NCBI GenBank assembly: GCA_965649765.1 | Contig: OZ287751.1 | Location: 69,812,001-69,876,000 of the forward strand | Length of the DNA: 64,000 nucleotides | From: Bispira polyomma | Lineage: Eukaryota | Direction: 5' to 3' | Part shown: piece after piece, positions 38,549 to 52,100 of the stretch | How the letters are laid out: every line of letters starts with the position of its first letter | Position numbering within the stretch: position 1 is the first letter of the stretch | Translations under genes and position numbers: made by a program | The notes under the pieces: generated by a model | Databases searched by the model: none | Seen by the model: the letters and a program-made list of their open reading frames with translations, nothing else | Told to the model about the DNA's origin: nothing

Positions 38549-40559
38549 CACAGCTTTGGTGTGTACTTTTTTTTCCTGATAATAGAAAGTACGTAAAAGT
38601 GAAGTTCAAAGTTATAGAGTATAGAAAATATTGTTAAAAGCTAGAGATCATTAAATTGAGTAGCGGTTTAGATAACAAAGTTCAGATAATGGAGGTTCTT
38701 TTATAGTCTAGTACAGTACAGTCTGCATATGTCAAATCTCCAATATCCATACTATTTTGTTCTTATTTTAGTTAACTTCTACTTGTTCCTAATTTAAAAC
38801 TAGTTTTCTTGAATGTTGGGACCACTGGTTTTTTCACTGATTTTAGTTAGTCTACGCTTCCATGTATCTAATATATATCGCTGACGTTAGCCAACATTAG
38901 CCAATTTTGGTAATCCTTATACTTACAGTACAGCTACTTCCACTTGTCAGATGAGATAAAATGTCGGCAGAAACTTTTTCCGGTCAGGAATCTAAAAAAA
39001 TATCGATAAACTGGCCAATTTTTGCAGAATGTCTCTTTAAAATGTGATTCCAATAAAATGTGACACATAGAACATATCTTTATCGGTGGTTGTGTGGAAG
39101 CATAAATCGGCTGACATCTAATCAAAAAACTTTTGCCAACGTAGAGTTCAGCTATTTGCAAGTGTAGACTAACAGAGTCTACTGTATAATAAGCAGGGCT
39201 ACTGGGAAGGGCTTCACTCAGTTACCGTGGGTTATAGATAGTTGTCGTCAGTATTAGTTGCCCAAATTTTATGTAAAAACTTTGTTAGAAATATATTCCT
39301 CAGTATAAAGTACTAGTATGAAAATGTCAATTGTTACTATATATGTATACCCTCAATAAACAAAGGAACTTTAAAACTGTTTTTTATTGTTTTTGACGTT
39401 TCTCCTGAAACAAACTTTAGCCTTGTATTGTATTCAAATTTATACTTGGCAGACTTCTCCAACTTTGTGTGGTATTTGAAGCAGTGATTAACTATTTCCT
39501 TGAGAGCATACCAGCAGCAGTAAATGTCATTCTCATTACTGAAAAGAAAGTTTGGAGAATGATGTCACAAAGGTTCTTTAGCCTGCCACTGAGAATAGGA
39601 CTCAAGGACAGACGACACCGCCGTAATTTCAAATGGTTATCTGAGCCACTATGTATCTGGTGTACTTGGTTTCTTCAGGCTGGGATCAAACCCAGGTCCT
39701 CTGTGTCCATTATTATTATTTAACTATTTGTCATACCCAAGACCATGACAATGGTATGTTACATGAATATGTCTATACAAATGTAGCCTCTACTGCACTT
39801 TAATCTTTCAACAACACCATGATAACCAGCTTACATTGCTTAAGCCCAAAACTCACCTAGCGTTGCGATGTGCTACACTGCGAGACGAAATAAGGGTTAC
39901 AAATAAAATCTAAGGGTTAAAACTAGCATGGCATTGCGGTTATGGATGAGGATGTTACAAATTTATACTGTCAGGTGCGTTGAGAAAAAAAGCTACATGG
40001 GAGCTTTTTTTTTTTTGCAACGCAACACATGTTTGTAATATAAAACACATGGTAGTATAGAAAAAAAATCAATCACACTATGCCAACTCGGCCATAAAGC
40101 ACAGATAAATACATATTAGTTTTTGAAAATCGCAAATGCTAGGTGAGTTTTGGGCCTTACTTACTGTAGCTCTCCCTTCACTTCTTTTTGGGATGATTTT
40201 ATGGTTGTCCACCTTCTGTCTGTGGACTTGAAATTGTACTTTGCTGTGACACTAAAGTGGCTAAGTATTTGCTGGGTGTTTTTTGAAAAATAAGCATCTT
40301 GATGCCTGTGTATCGAAGAAAATGGGATAATTATCAATGGAAATTTTTTTAGGTTTTCTTTTTCAACCAAGCCAAGTCACAACATAAGAAAATTATGCCC
40401 CTTAGAGATATTAGTATGTTCAAAGGCCTTCCAGATAAATTAGTCAAAAATTCTATGATAACAAAAATATCGTCTAGTGCAACTTGTCCGCTTTTTGTAG
40501 GGTTAACAAAGTGGAGAGTACAAAGCAATACTTCAGGACTTCTTGAGCTCAACACAAAA

Positions 40560-41403
40560 CGAGAAAAAAAAAATTGCTTTGGTGGTGATCCAATTTGACA
40601 CAGGCAACACACCCTGAGGAACCTGGGAGTTTTGTTTGATAGTGATTTTTCCTTCGCCAGTTGTATCCAATCAGGGTGTAAGTCATGCTTCATGGGTCTT
40701 AGAGACCTCACGAGAATCAGGAGGCACCTTCCAAAATCGGTTGCAATAACTGCAGCAAATGTTCTGGTAGGCAGCAGACTGGACTACTTCAATTCACTGT
40801 GTCTTAGGTTGACCAAAAAGGATTTAAACAAATTGCAATGCATCCAGAATTCATTGGCACCTCCAGCCAGTTGTTCTGCTTGGCTTTTGCATGCCTCATC
40901 GATTAAAAAATCACTTCACTGGCTCCCTGTTAAGTATTGGTGTGTTTTTAAAACTGCTACTATTGTATATAAGTTTCTTGATTTGAGTTTGCTCAAATAC
41001 TTTGAACCAAACTTATGTTACTACAAGTGTAATGTTAATACAAGGCGAGCTGTTCTCAAAAATAGATTCCTTCTTGTTCCAAAATATAAGTCTAAAGTGC
41101 ACAGGTCAAAGGTTTACCTTATTAAAGTTTTGGAAATGATGCTCCTACCCTATGGAATAATTTACATCAACACATTAGGACAGCTCCGTCCCTGTATTCC
41201 TTCCGGCACAGTTTAAAAAACTATCTGTTCAATGATGCATTCCCTCCATAGTCTCTTTCCTGTTCTCGGTGGACGTATTGATGACGACTTCCTTCTGTTT
41301 ATCACCAATGATTTTTGGCTCCGGCTGTGGTTTTTTGCACCTTAGAATTTGTTACAACGAAAATACTTGCGAAAAAAGTCTGCTTCTTTTTAATATTATT
41401 ATT
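40560..41403 (+). mobile_element. L2/CR1-group LINE 3' fragment
   Basis: RNLGVLFDS, IRRHL, SRLDYFNSL, KLQCIQNSLA, LHWLPV; (ATT)n tail; the same 3' end recurs at 45677-45753 and a related fragment lies at 44720-45030. Confidence 0.88.
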
Positions 41404-41575
41404 AATGAGATATTTAAAATTTTTAGGACAATCAGGATAAACGAATCGGCCACAATGTCATAAATATTTGTACATATGGCAATGTATATCAGTAAAATGT
41501 TGGAATGATCCCTTCAGTTATTCTGGAGAGGATATTGACAATGAAAATTAAGAATTTAGTATCAAAAGCAAGAAT

Positions 41576-41840
41576 TCACAAACTTTGTGAATTCTTACTT
41601 TTGATAGTAAGAAAGCAATGGACACAGACCTTTATTTCTGAGGAATAAAACAAATTGATGTAATTAACACAATCAAAGGCTTTACTTGCATCCAACATAC
41701 TACAGTAAACAAGACTAATATTATTTCTATAGTACTGACTAGTTTCATTAACTATAAAAGTACTGGCTTTCGATAGTACAGAGTTAAATGTTAACAAGAT
41801 TAAATTATCACATTTTACCCAGATACGAAATAATGGCAAT
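41576..41840 (-). mobile_element. Non-LTR retrotransposon RT fragment
   Basis: VYCSMLDASKAFDCVNY motif. Confidence 0.7.
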
Positions 41841-41936
41841 TCTTAAGTAATGGCACAATATAACAAACAAGCATATTTTCAGGTACCTAACAATGTGTTA
41901 TCATAGCATTAAATATAGTTAAGTAAACATACAATA

Positions 41937-43207
41937 CGGAAGAGTATAAGGGCCAAATTTATTTTTTTTTTTTTTAATTGTCGAGATAATATCTCGATAA
42001 ATCAAGATAATTTGGAATTTTTTCTTTTTTTTTTAAATTGTCGAGATAATATCTTGATAAATCGAGATAATTCAGAAGAAATTTTTTTTTTTAATTGTGA
42101 CCATATTATCTTTAAAAATCGAGATAATTATCCACCATGGAGAAGGAAGGTGTGTTAGTGGCCAACTAAACAGTCAATATGAAAAAGGGCACAAACAATC
42201 ATGTGGTCAAAAGTTAATCAGCAGTCATAGAGATCAAAAGTAGTTAATTAGCAAACAGTCATAGAGATCAAAAGTAGTTAATCAGCAAACAGTCATGGGG
42301 TCAATAGTAGTTAATCAGGGCAAGATACAAACAGTCATAGCTAGGGTCAAAAGTAGTTAATCAGGCTTTCAACAAAAGTCAATTTCAACAAAATTGGTCA
42401 GTATTTGTCATTTAATTTACATAAACTCAGTTTACAGGTCACCTCAGATATGGAAAGCAAGTGATATGAGATAATGACAAAGGAAAGGCGTATGACACTT
42501 TGGGCACTTTATTCTATCACTTACATCAAACACTTACTACTAATTATAATTTTAGGTGACCGAGAAGTTAAGGCCACCTTAACATAATTAAGTTAACCAT
42601 GAGTATAGATAACACAGTGATTTTTAGGTCACCTTACTATAGTATAGAGAATTACCATTTTAAATTACCAAGGGTGACTTAAGGTCACCATAATGTGAAT
42701 GATTTTAAGGTTAGCATTAACTATAAAAACCATGCTTTTAAGGTTAACTTTATTTAAGAAAAAGTAGAATGACTTAAGGTCATCTACCCATTATAGCATA
42801 CTACTAGTGAAGAAGAGACTTAAGGTCATGTTACAGCTTGTTTAAGTTACTTGAATCTTTACTAGTAACTCAGCAGTTTTAGTTAAGGCAACCTTAAGGG
42901 CTACATTTCAAAATCAACTGCCATTTATATTTAAAGGATTACTTGTAGTATGTACTATATGTTACAAATGCGTTATATACAAAATTTACTAAAATGCCCA
43001 AACGCCATGCTATTAACTATTGTACATTGGAAAATAAAATATATTATACAAAAAAAAAAAAAAATTCCTTCTAAATTATCTCGATTTATCGAGATATCAT
43101 CTCGACAATTAAAAAAAAAAATTTCTTCTAAATTATCTCGATTTATCGAGATATTATCTCGACAATTAAAAAAAAAAAAAAAAAAAGTTGGCCCTTATAC
43201 TCTTCCG
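41937..43207. mobile_element. 1.27-kb foldback-type non-autonomous DNA transposon with long internally repetitive TIRs and TA flanks
   Basis: TA|CGGAAGAGTATAAGGGCCAA...TTGGCCCTTATACTCTTCCG|TA; the arms contain AATTGTCGAGATAATATCTCGATAAATCGAGATAATT plus polyT units. Confidence 0.85.
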
Positions 43208-46039
43208 TACATACACTTTATGAGTCTCATGTTTTATATGGTCGAGTATAAATTACTTTTACCCTTATGTTTACCACACTTGATTTTACCAAACAGACTT
43301 GGATACATCAGTTGAAGTATGTGCTTGTAAGGTTAATTGCTTTTTAACAATTATTCTTAAAAAGGATGCCAAACATAAAGGGCGTATGTAACCTGAGCTA
43401 CTGTTAATCCTAAGTGGTTATCTGAGGAATGTTAAAATATCAAAAGTTCTTTATTCTTCAGGTTTTCCATTTGACGGAACCCAATCCAGTTTTGATACAC
43501 ATTGATCAAAGTAGAAGGAATTAAAGGACTGCCCCTCTGTTTGTGTGCACAAAAAGCCAAGTTATTAATTCAAAATCGTCCAAAACAGCTCATTTAATCC
43601 ATACTAGAATTTCTGTAAGGCCATAATTTCTTCCAAAGTAGTAAACTTCGAAAAAAGAATCGAAGAAAATTAAAAACTCCAAAATGGCTGTGCTCACCTT
43701 GACGGTCAAAAATATTGTGAGGCTTCAAGCGACATCACATGACCTAGTCATGGTTGGTATACAAGTACACCACTGAACCATAGGTTTAAGCTAGGGTAAA
43801 ATTTCACACAGACACAAAAACACAGACCTGCTGATGAATTGTGCGAACAAGAGTTAGTGACAAAAAGAACTGCACTTTTTAAACTAATAACACACAAGAT
43901 AACACACATGTACATGCCGTCTGTGTACCAAAAAGTTCTTTTCTTCTATCACCATAATGTCTGATATCAGTGATAACAGAAATATCTGGTAAATTATTAG
44001 CAACAAAGAAATGATCTAAAGTGGATTTCTGAAAAGTAACTTAATTTTTACGTGTAGTCAATTACTCAGACTGTTTACACATTTCAAGAGATTCATTCTG
44101 TAAGAAAAGTTTTTAATGAATTAACATTGACAAAACTTGTGTCATATTAGCATTGAGGTCAAAAGCAAGAATTACATTGGAAAACCCCAGTTGCAGTCTG
44201 TTTCTGTTATGGTCAATACTTTTACATATTCATCAGCATTTACATATTCAACAGCACTATGTCCATCACAAGAAATATCACATGGCATCTTTACATTATT
44301 TACTAGAATGTCAAAGGTACCAGATGAAATTTTAACAGCACAGTATCTTTTGTTGTATGAAGGTACAAGAACACCACATAAAAATACGACAGTCACTTGC
44401 ATTTGAAAAACCCAGATGTCTACAAGCTATGAAGGTTCTTGATAAATCTGTAGTGGCATGTCATTATGCCGAAGTATAAGGCAGGCACCATATGATCTAC
44501 CTTTAAAAGGACATCATCATCCATTCCAGAAATTCCATGAGAGGAAATGATAGTAGAGTTGTTTGTGATGCTTTCTAATTCTTTGTTATAATACCAATCT
44601 TCTTGCTAAAGTAGAGTATCATAGGTGTTGATAAGTTTTCTTATATATTCCATATATAGTGTGCAATAATGTAAATGTTTACACATAGGACTCGCTGTTA
44701 TTTCGGCTCCGGACAAGGAGCAGTAATCTTGATAAGGTTTTCCTTCAAGTTTCAGTCTTCTCACCTTTCAATTCACAAATCAAAACCTCAGTTTGATCAC
44801 AGTTTCTCCTACAATGCACCAAAACTATGGAACACTGAAGCAAACATAAGACATGCTTGTTTGCCAAGATTTTCCCTGCCTAGTGACATGTTCATTCCGA
44901 CGTCTTCTGGGATATGTCCACCTCCCGGAAAAGGAAGTGAATGTTACAAGACTTGAATATGATCATGATATATGTGCCTTAGAATCCTCCTTAATGGAGA
45001 ATAAGTGCTATAAAAGTTTGATTAGATTAGATGCATTCCCACCATAGCTGTCTCATGGGCATTGGTTGATCTTTTCATGTTGACTTTTTACTGTTTCATC
45101 CATTACAGTTTCTGATTATCATTGCACGAAGTACCTTAAATAAGTACTAACAAGTTTGATAATAATATTAGGTCAGTGCACATAAATTAAGCCACATTTC
45201 AGTTACACATGAACCCCTTTAAATCAAAACCTTTAAATACCTCTGCCTAACTAGGGTAGATTTTGAAGAGTACGCTTTCATGCCACAACCACTTATGATT
45301 CACATAAAAGGACTGGGCTTAACCAAATTCTACTTGTGACTGAAGATGCAGGTTTAACATTAACTTGTGCGCTGCTCATGCATTCACCAGATTTCTCCCC
45401 ACATAAAACAATGGGCTTAAAAGAGTCCTACTTAAAGGCATTTTACTCGGATTTAACAGTAAAAGCAAACTTCATAGTTTACACCCTTAGCCTGGATTCT
45501 TCTACTTGTCAACTAACCAATTTTTCAATCTGAGCTCCCTCAGGTAGCATACTAGCCATTCTGACACATATGGCGAAACGTCTAACACCCATTAGAGCAA
45601 CTTTGTGTAAAGTATACATTCTCCAGACCAGCAGTGGCAATCGAACCTGGGACCCGCTGATCCTAAAGTGATCGACTCTGGCTGTGGTTTTTTTGGCGCC
45701 TTAGAATTCGTTACAACGAAAATAAGCCCTAAAAAAGTCTGATATATTATTATTGAAAAGTAAGTTTACATCTAAGTATTTAAAACCAGTGTTACTTTGC
45801 ACTAACACAAAAAACAACAACAAAAGCCTCGTTAAAATATTAATGTGAATATATATATATATGGAGAAATGAACACAAGTTAGTGACAATAATAACTGCA
45901 CTTTTCAAACTGATAACACATGAGATAACACATGAGATAACACATACAAGCCTTGTGTGTACTAAAAATATTTTATCTTCTTCTCATACTTCTTCATCTG
46001 GGCACTGAAGAGACACAGCCTCCTACTATTATTACACAG

Positions 46040-46104
46040 AACAGATACATGGTTACAGCATGTGTATTCTACTGGTCTTGTCCTGCTTACTCTCTATACC
46101 TCTG
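46040..46104 (+). CDS. Probable signal-peptide exon
   Basis: G|GTAAGA donor; phase-1 frame reads WLQHVYSTGLVLLTLYTS(A); no in-frame ATG. Confidence 0.5.
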
Positions 46105-49100
46105 GTAAGAACTCAGATCACTGCAGGGGACTGTGTCTGTATTCAGGGGGATGCTGTCAATGTCAGAGACTTACGTATGTTGAAATTTTCCTTATAGTTT
46201 AACTATTTAAAATGGCTTAAAATATATCTAGAGTAGTATGTCTTGTACGTCTTAACATGTGTCATATATTGAACACAATATGTATTAAATAAACACATAT
46301 ATTTTATGAGATTTGGACATAACTCCATCCACATAAGGGGGCGTGGTGGCCTGGGGGTAAGAAGCCTTCATTTCGCAATCACTTGTCTGTCACTCATGAA
46401 GATGACTGTGGTTTAAGTCCAACTGTCTACTTCATGTTTGCCAGGTACCATTCATAGGTAGTTTATTTTCTCTACCAATAAATGTCGCCATCACATGATC
46501 AAGGATATTGGAATTGCTGGTCTGAAGATCACCTTAGGTGGTAAAAGTGATGTAAAATTGTTGAATTCATCTTCACATTACATATATATTTACCAAACAG
46601 ATGACTATTTTCCTCTTTTATGTTTCACAGCATGTGGGAATGTGATTAAGACCCACGGATATGGTGCATGCTTTGAAGCCACTGGGGGAATAGTCACATG
46701 CGATCTAGACGGAACATCTTATGATTTTGCTGAGTTTATGTACAACAATGTTTTTGTGAGTACAATAAAACAAAGTTGTAGCAAAGACGATTTGTCAACA
46801 AATTTTCACTACAACATACTTATTATACAAGAATATAGAAAATACTTAAAAAAAAAAAAAAAATCAAAACAGTTTATCATAACTGTTAGTAAATTTAAAG
46901 CTGTCATCATTACACCATACGAACTACTGAAATAATTGGTCAGTAGTAGTAGTAAACGTCAATTGGTGTTATTTATAGAACACAAAGTACTACAATAATT
47001 TATCAGTACTAGCAGTAAATTGAAATATGTGGTACATATACCATACAAAATACCAACTTAATCAGTAGTGATAGCACATTTATATTTATGATCATTACGC
47101 CATACAAAGCACTAAACCAGTTAATCAGTACTATTATATGTTATTTGAATTTGGATATTTAACGTCCACTCTAGTACCTTTTAGTAGGTTATATTGGGAC
47201 GGGTAGTTGGAAACGCTGGAGGAAACACTGCATACAGTCGGTTAAGGTTCTGCAGAGAAACCAGCGGCCCACAAGCATTAGGAACTACCACCTTTCCCAC
47301 ATAGGCATCGACGGGATTCGAACTCATGCCGCCCAGAGGTGAGAGACCAGTGATTGTAAAGCGCAATGCTTGCTAACCACTAGGCCACCGCTATTATATG
47401 TTATATATGTGGTACTTGTACCATAAAATTACTAAAACAATATTTCATGAACCGTTCTTAAGCAAGCCATTTATATTTTCAAACACAAATGTTACTATTA
47501 CTGTCGATTATTTATATTGCTGTATCCGTATGTGTTCACTCTTTTTGATACCAGAGTGCGTGGACTGCTGATACTTATCTTTCCATTGCTGCTGCAGAGA
47601 AATGTGATGGGGTCGGTGAAGGTAAGCAGATACTTAGTGTAGGACCTTTATATATCTGAGACACCTGATTACTTAATTTCTGCATCCCATATTTGTGATA
47701 TGTCATTCTATTTCTTAAATCGTCTATTATTATTCTCAGGTAATGCCCATCTTTGGCCAGGCAATAACCACCTGATACATCACTGAAAACTAAATATTTA
47801 TGTCCAGTTTTTCATTATTAAACATATCTTTAAATGTTATAATACTTCTACTGATTCTACAAATTCATGGCCTCTTTGGTGTAGTGTTGACATACTCCTC
47901 TTCCACCTTGGACATTATGGTTTTCGAATCTCAGCCCTCGTGTGTATGTGGGAAAAGTTTATAGTACACTTGCGGAAGGCTTGTGGTTTCAGAGCACAAA
48001 ACCCTTGACTCACTACCTTGTTCTGATTTACTCCACCAGAGATACATCTCAAATGTGTTGAAAGCGAATTTTAAACTTAATTAAATTGTTATTCTGCCGT
48101 TTTCTCAAACATTATTTATAAATCTTAAGGGCCAGTCACACAGCCATAAAGAGCATTTTACGAGCAGCTGCGATGTAAAACTGAGATAGGTTGCTGGAGG
48201 TCTTTTGTTATCTTTAAACTCTCTTGCGTTCGATCCGTGGAGGTTGCTGGAGATTGGGCTAGATCCTTGATGATCTTTAAAAGGTTCCACTTGTGGAGAG
48301 ATTACTTAGTCTGACGATTAGTCGCCGATCAAAAAGCCAATATTTGGTGATCTCAGCAAGACAGCGACTAATCCCTAATTGGTTGTGCAAACAATCCCCG
48401 AGCAATCTCATTACCTGTCGCCGACATGTCTAGCATCACAAGAAAATCCCCGAAGGGTATTCATTGATCTCCATTCAGTCTCTAACCAGTCTTCAACTAA
48501 TCCCCGAACGCTGTTCTATTATTTGAAAAACCCTTCCCACCGGTCGGCGACCAATCGGAAACCTCTCGCAGAGCGACTAAAGAGCAAAAAAGACTGGTCA
48601 GCGATAGGTCTCACAGGGTATAAATAGGGGGTCTTTGCTATTCGGCTATCAGTTTCATAAAGTCTTTAGGTGTACGTGGACGTTTTCTACTACTGAATAT
48701 TATTTTAGTGATTACTAAAAAGGGGAAGGGGAAGAAGAAGGGAGACACTAACGAACTTCTGTCTCAGGAACCCATGTTTCAGGAAGAAACTGAGTTGGCT
48801 GGGGGTGTGTTAAAGATTACTGAAGCCAATATCACAGCTGGGGGTGAGGTTACTGGCACCATTGTACCAGAGGGTCCACCAGACACAGCTACAACTGAGG
48901 GAGGAGCCACCACTGTCACTAGACTGAAACCACTCTGGTGAAGGAGACATTTGCCTCAGGGAATGTGGACCAGGACCCTCCCCAGTGGATGACGAGGAGG
49001 AGGAAGAGGACAAATATTGGGGGGAGGGGGGGGGGGTCACCAAGAAGCCAAAGGTCACCGACCAAAGGTCTGAAGACCAAGAGCAGCAATTAGTGGACTT

Positions 49101-52100
49101 CTTTGCAGCACAGCCTTTGTTCTATGACCAGTCGCTGCGGGACTTCAAGAACAGGGCCAAGAAGTCCCGGGTGCTGGCCAAACAAGTAGAAATTATGGGG
49201 CTCACTGATAAGTTGCATTTATATCTAATTAAAATTGTGACTGCATATATTTCAGGTTTATATTGGGCTTAGATTATAATGTTTGTAGTTTTAAGAAGTT
49301 TATCAAAAGTCAAATATGTAACTATGTAATTCATTTCAGCTTTAAATTATCAAATTACTTATCAAATTTTTTTCATATAATTTTCTAATCCGGCTTGTTT
49401 CTAGTAATAACTTACATTAATGTATAATTCAAATTGTGGCTGCATGTATTTCAGCTTTACATTGGTTAAGATTGTATTTAATTTTAAGAAAGTTGTCAAA
49501 TGTTATTCTCCGGCTTCTTGCTAGTAATAACTTACATTAATGTATAATTAATACCTAATTTAATTTTAAGAAAGTTGTCAAATCTCAAATGTTATTCTCC
49601 GGATTATTGCTACCAATAACTTGCATTAATGTATAATTAATACCTAATTTAATTTTAAGAAAGTTGTCAAATGTCAAATCATATTCTCCGGGTTATTGCT
49701 ACAATCAAATGATATTCTCCAGGTTATTGCTACTAATAACTTACATTAACGTATAATAATACCTAATTACAAGTGTAACTGCATGTGTTTTAGCTTAACA
49801 GTATTAATGGATTGACCAGTAACCAGTAATTGTGTACTATAACATTTTTTTTACAGACCAGAGCTATTGCTGTGACTGAGTTTATTATGTACTTACCCAA
49901 ATACTTACCCAATACTTACCATTGTACTTAACAGCTGTACTTGTACTTTTTTATTAGGTGACCTTGTTCAAATCGATGAGGACCATCTATGGCAAACTCA
50001 AAAAGAAAACCAAGTCCGGCAGACAACCAAGGCTCCAACTGCTCGCCAGAGATGGACACAAGCATCATCCCAATTTCTAGAGGCGCATCTGGTGGCCCGG
50101 TCTGAGAGTAGAAAGTTTGGGCTTGCGCCTCCCCTGCCAAACATTGAGGATGATGACGAGATCTCCAATCTGGCCACAGCTCCTTTTTTGATGTCAGGGC
50201 AGAGTCAAGTCCCACGCACCCCAACTTTTCCGATTCCAGCCATGCTGATCAGGCTGGCCCTAGCAGCGGCGCATAGGGTGCAAGACCTAGGCCACCAAAG
50301 CTACTGGCTGGAGGGTAAACGATGTCATAATCCAGTTGGCATACCATATCGCCACCTCTGAACGGAGCGATCAGGTGCAGGTGTCTGCGGCCAACAACCC
50401 CAGACGGTCCTTCTGCCACTGGATTGGGCTGGAGTCGGAAGGTCTCACCAACCAGCAGTGGGATACTTTTATGCAAGAAACCTTCCAGGCCATGATGCGG
50501 CTAAAGACGGCCAACCGACCACCTATACAGTGGCCATCACCTCAACATGTCTTCTCGCAGTCCATGGTGCGGCCTGCCTCTGCACCACCTGGCCAACAGA
50601 GTACATCGAGTACGTTCACACCACCAAATATCTGGTCCAAACCCACACCACAGAACCAACAGCACAACCTATCACAGAGCAGTTTTGGGACACTGAACAC
50701 TTCTGGCCTATTGAACATGCTGGACAGCTACCAAGGTCCCCAAAGGACACCTCAAACTCAGCCCACTCAAATGACTGAAGCTGGCACTGGATATGTGGTC
50801 ACGTATATGTATGCGGGTGACCAGAGTAGTGTTGGCCAGGGACAGCAGTAGGCGGTGGACATCGGTGGTAGTGTGACTGTTATGGGGTTGGGGTGGGGAG
50901 GGTAGTGGTAAATGTGCTCTTTGGGCATTTGTGACAATTCTGACTGTGACCTATGCATGTATGTTATATTTAAGTGGATGTTATTTTGTTAAATAAATTA
51001 ATTTTATGTTATTTACAGGCATTTTTTACTTGAAATAAATTAATGGTTTAACATTTCAAAATTGAACTTGACCTTTGGTGTGTAACTTAAACATTTTGGA
51101 TTAAATCATGACCTTTTGGAGATTGATTTTGTGGCTGTGCCAAGGCTATAGTTAGCCCTGGTCTCAGACAAGATCAAGCTCATATTCTTAAGGTCATCAC
51201 AAATCCCAACTTGAAATAATAAATGTTGTAAAGCGTCATGCTTAAGGTTTACCACAACATTTATTATTTAGAAATCAGACCAGGTCAAGTTCATACTCTT
51301 AAGGTCATCACAAATCCCAAGATCAAATAATAAACATTTATAATATGAAATTCAAATAAGGTTAAGTTCAAAGTGTCCTGTGGTCTCCTGTGGTCCACTT
51401 GCTAGCTCAAGATTATTCTATACTAGTTTTAAGAAACACAATGACAACACTGAAATAATCTTCTGTGCACAGGCACTTTTATGTTATAAACAATTGAACT
51501 TTAATGATTGAATACAAATAAATGATGTAAAAAGCACATAACATAACACAATCACAATCACTTAAATCATGTCTCTCTGCCATGGTACAGCACCAACGTT
51601 ATTGAAATAGTACTTTAAGTATATCCTTTGTCTCTTGGCCCTACGTGAAAACTGTGTGAGACCCCTGACATTCTGGCACTTTGCGAAGACAGCCTCATCT
51701 CTCCAGGCCCCAGGAATAACTTAGTGATTGTTTTCCTCATGGTCCATTGCTGCATTCTGCAATGCTAAATACTAGTTGCGTATTAGATTGTGTAAGAAAA
51801 TGCTTGCCAACACTATTGACTTAACAGTTTCTAGGTCTTGTAGTCAGCAGGGCGTGAAACCTATTTGCAAGGATACTAAAGGCCTGATCATCATGTGGAA
51901 GTGGCTCAGCCGGTGGTAGACCCAGTGTATCATTGGTCAGTTTTGTTTTCAGGTCCGAGTTGTTGCAGATGGAACAATCCGATGTTGAACCGTTGCCACC
52001 AACGTCTACAATGATAAACCGGTAATCTGCATCGACCACACCAAGGAGGATGATGGAGAAGAAGCCCTTGTAGTTGTGGTACACTGAGGCAAAGTTCTTA

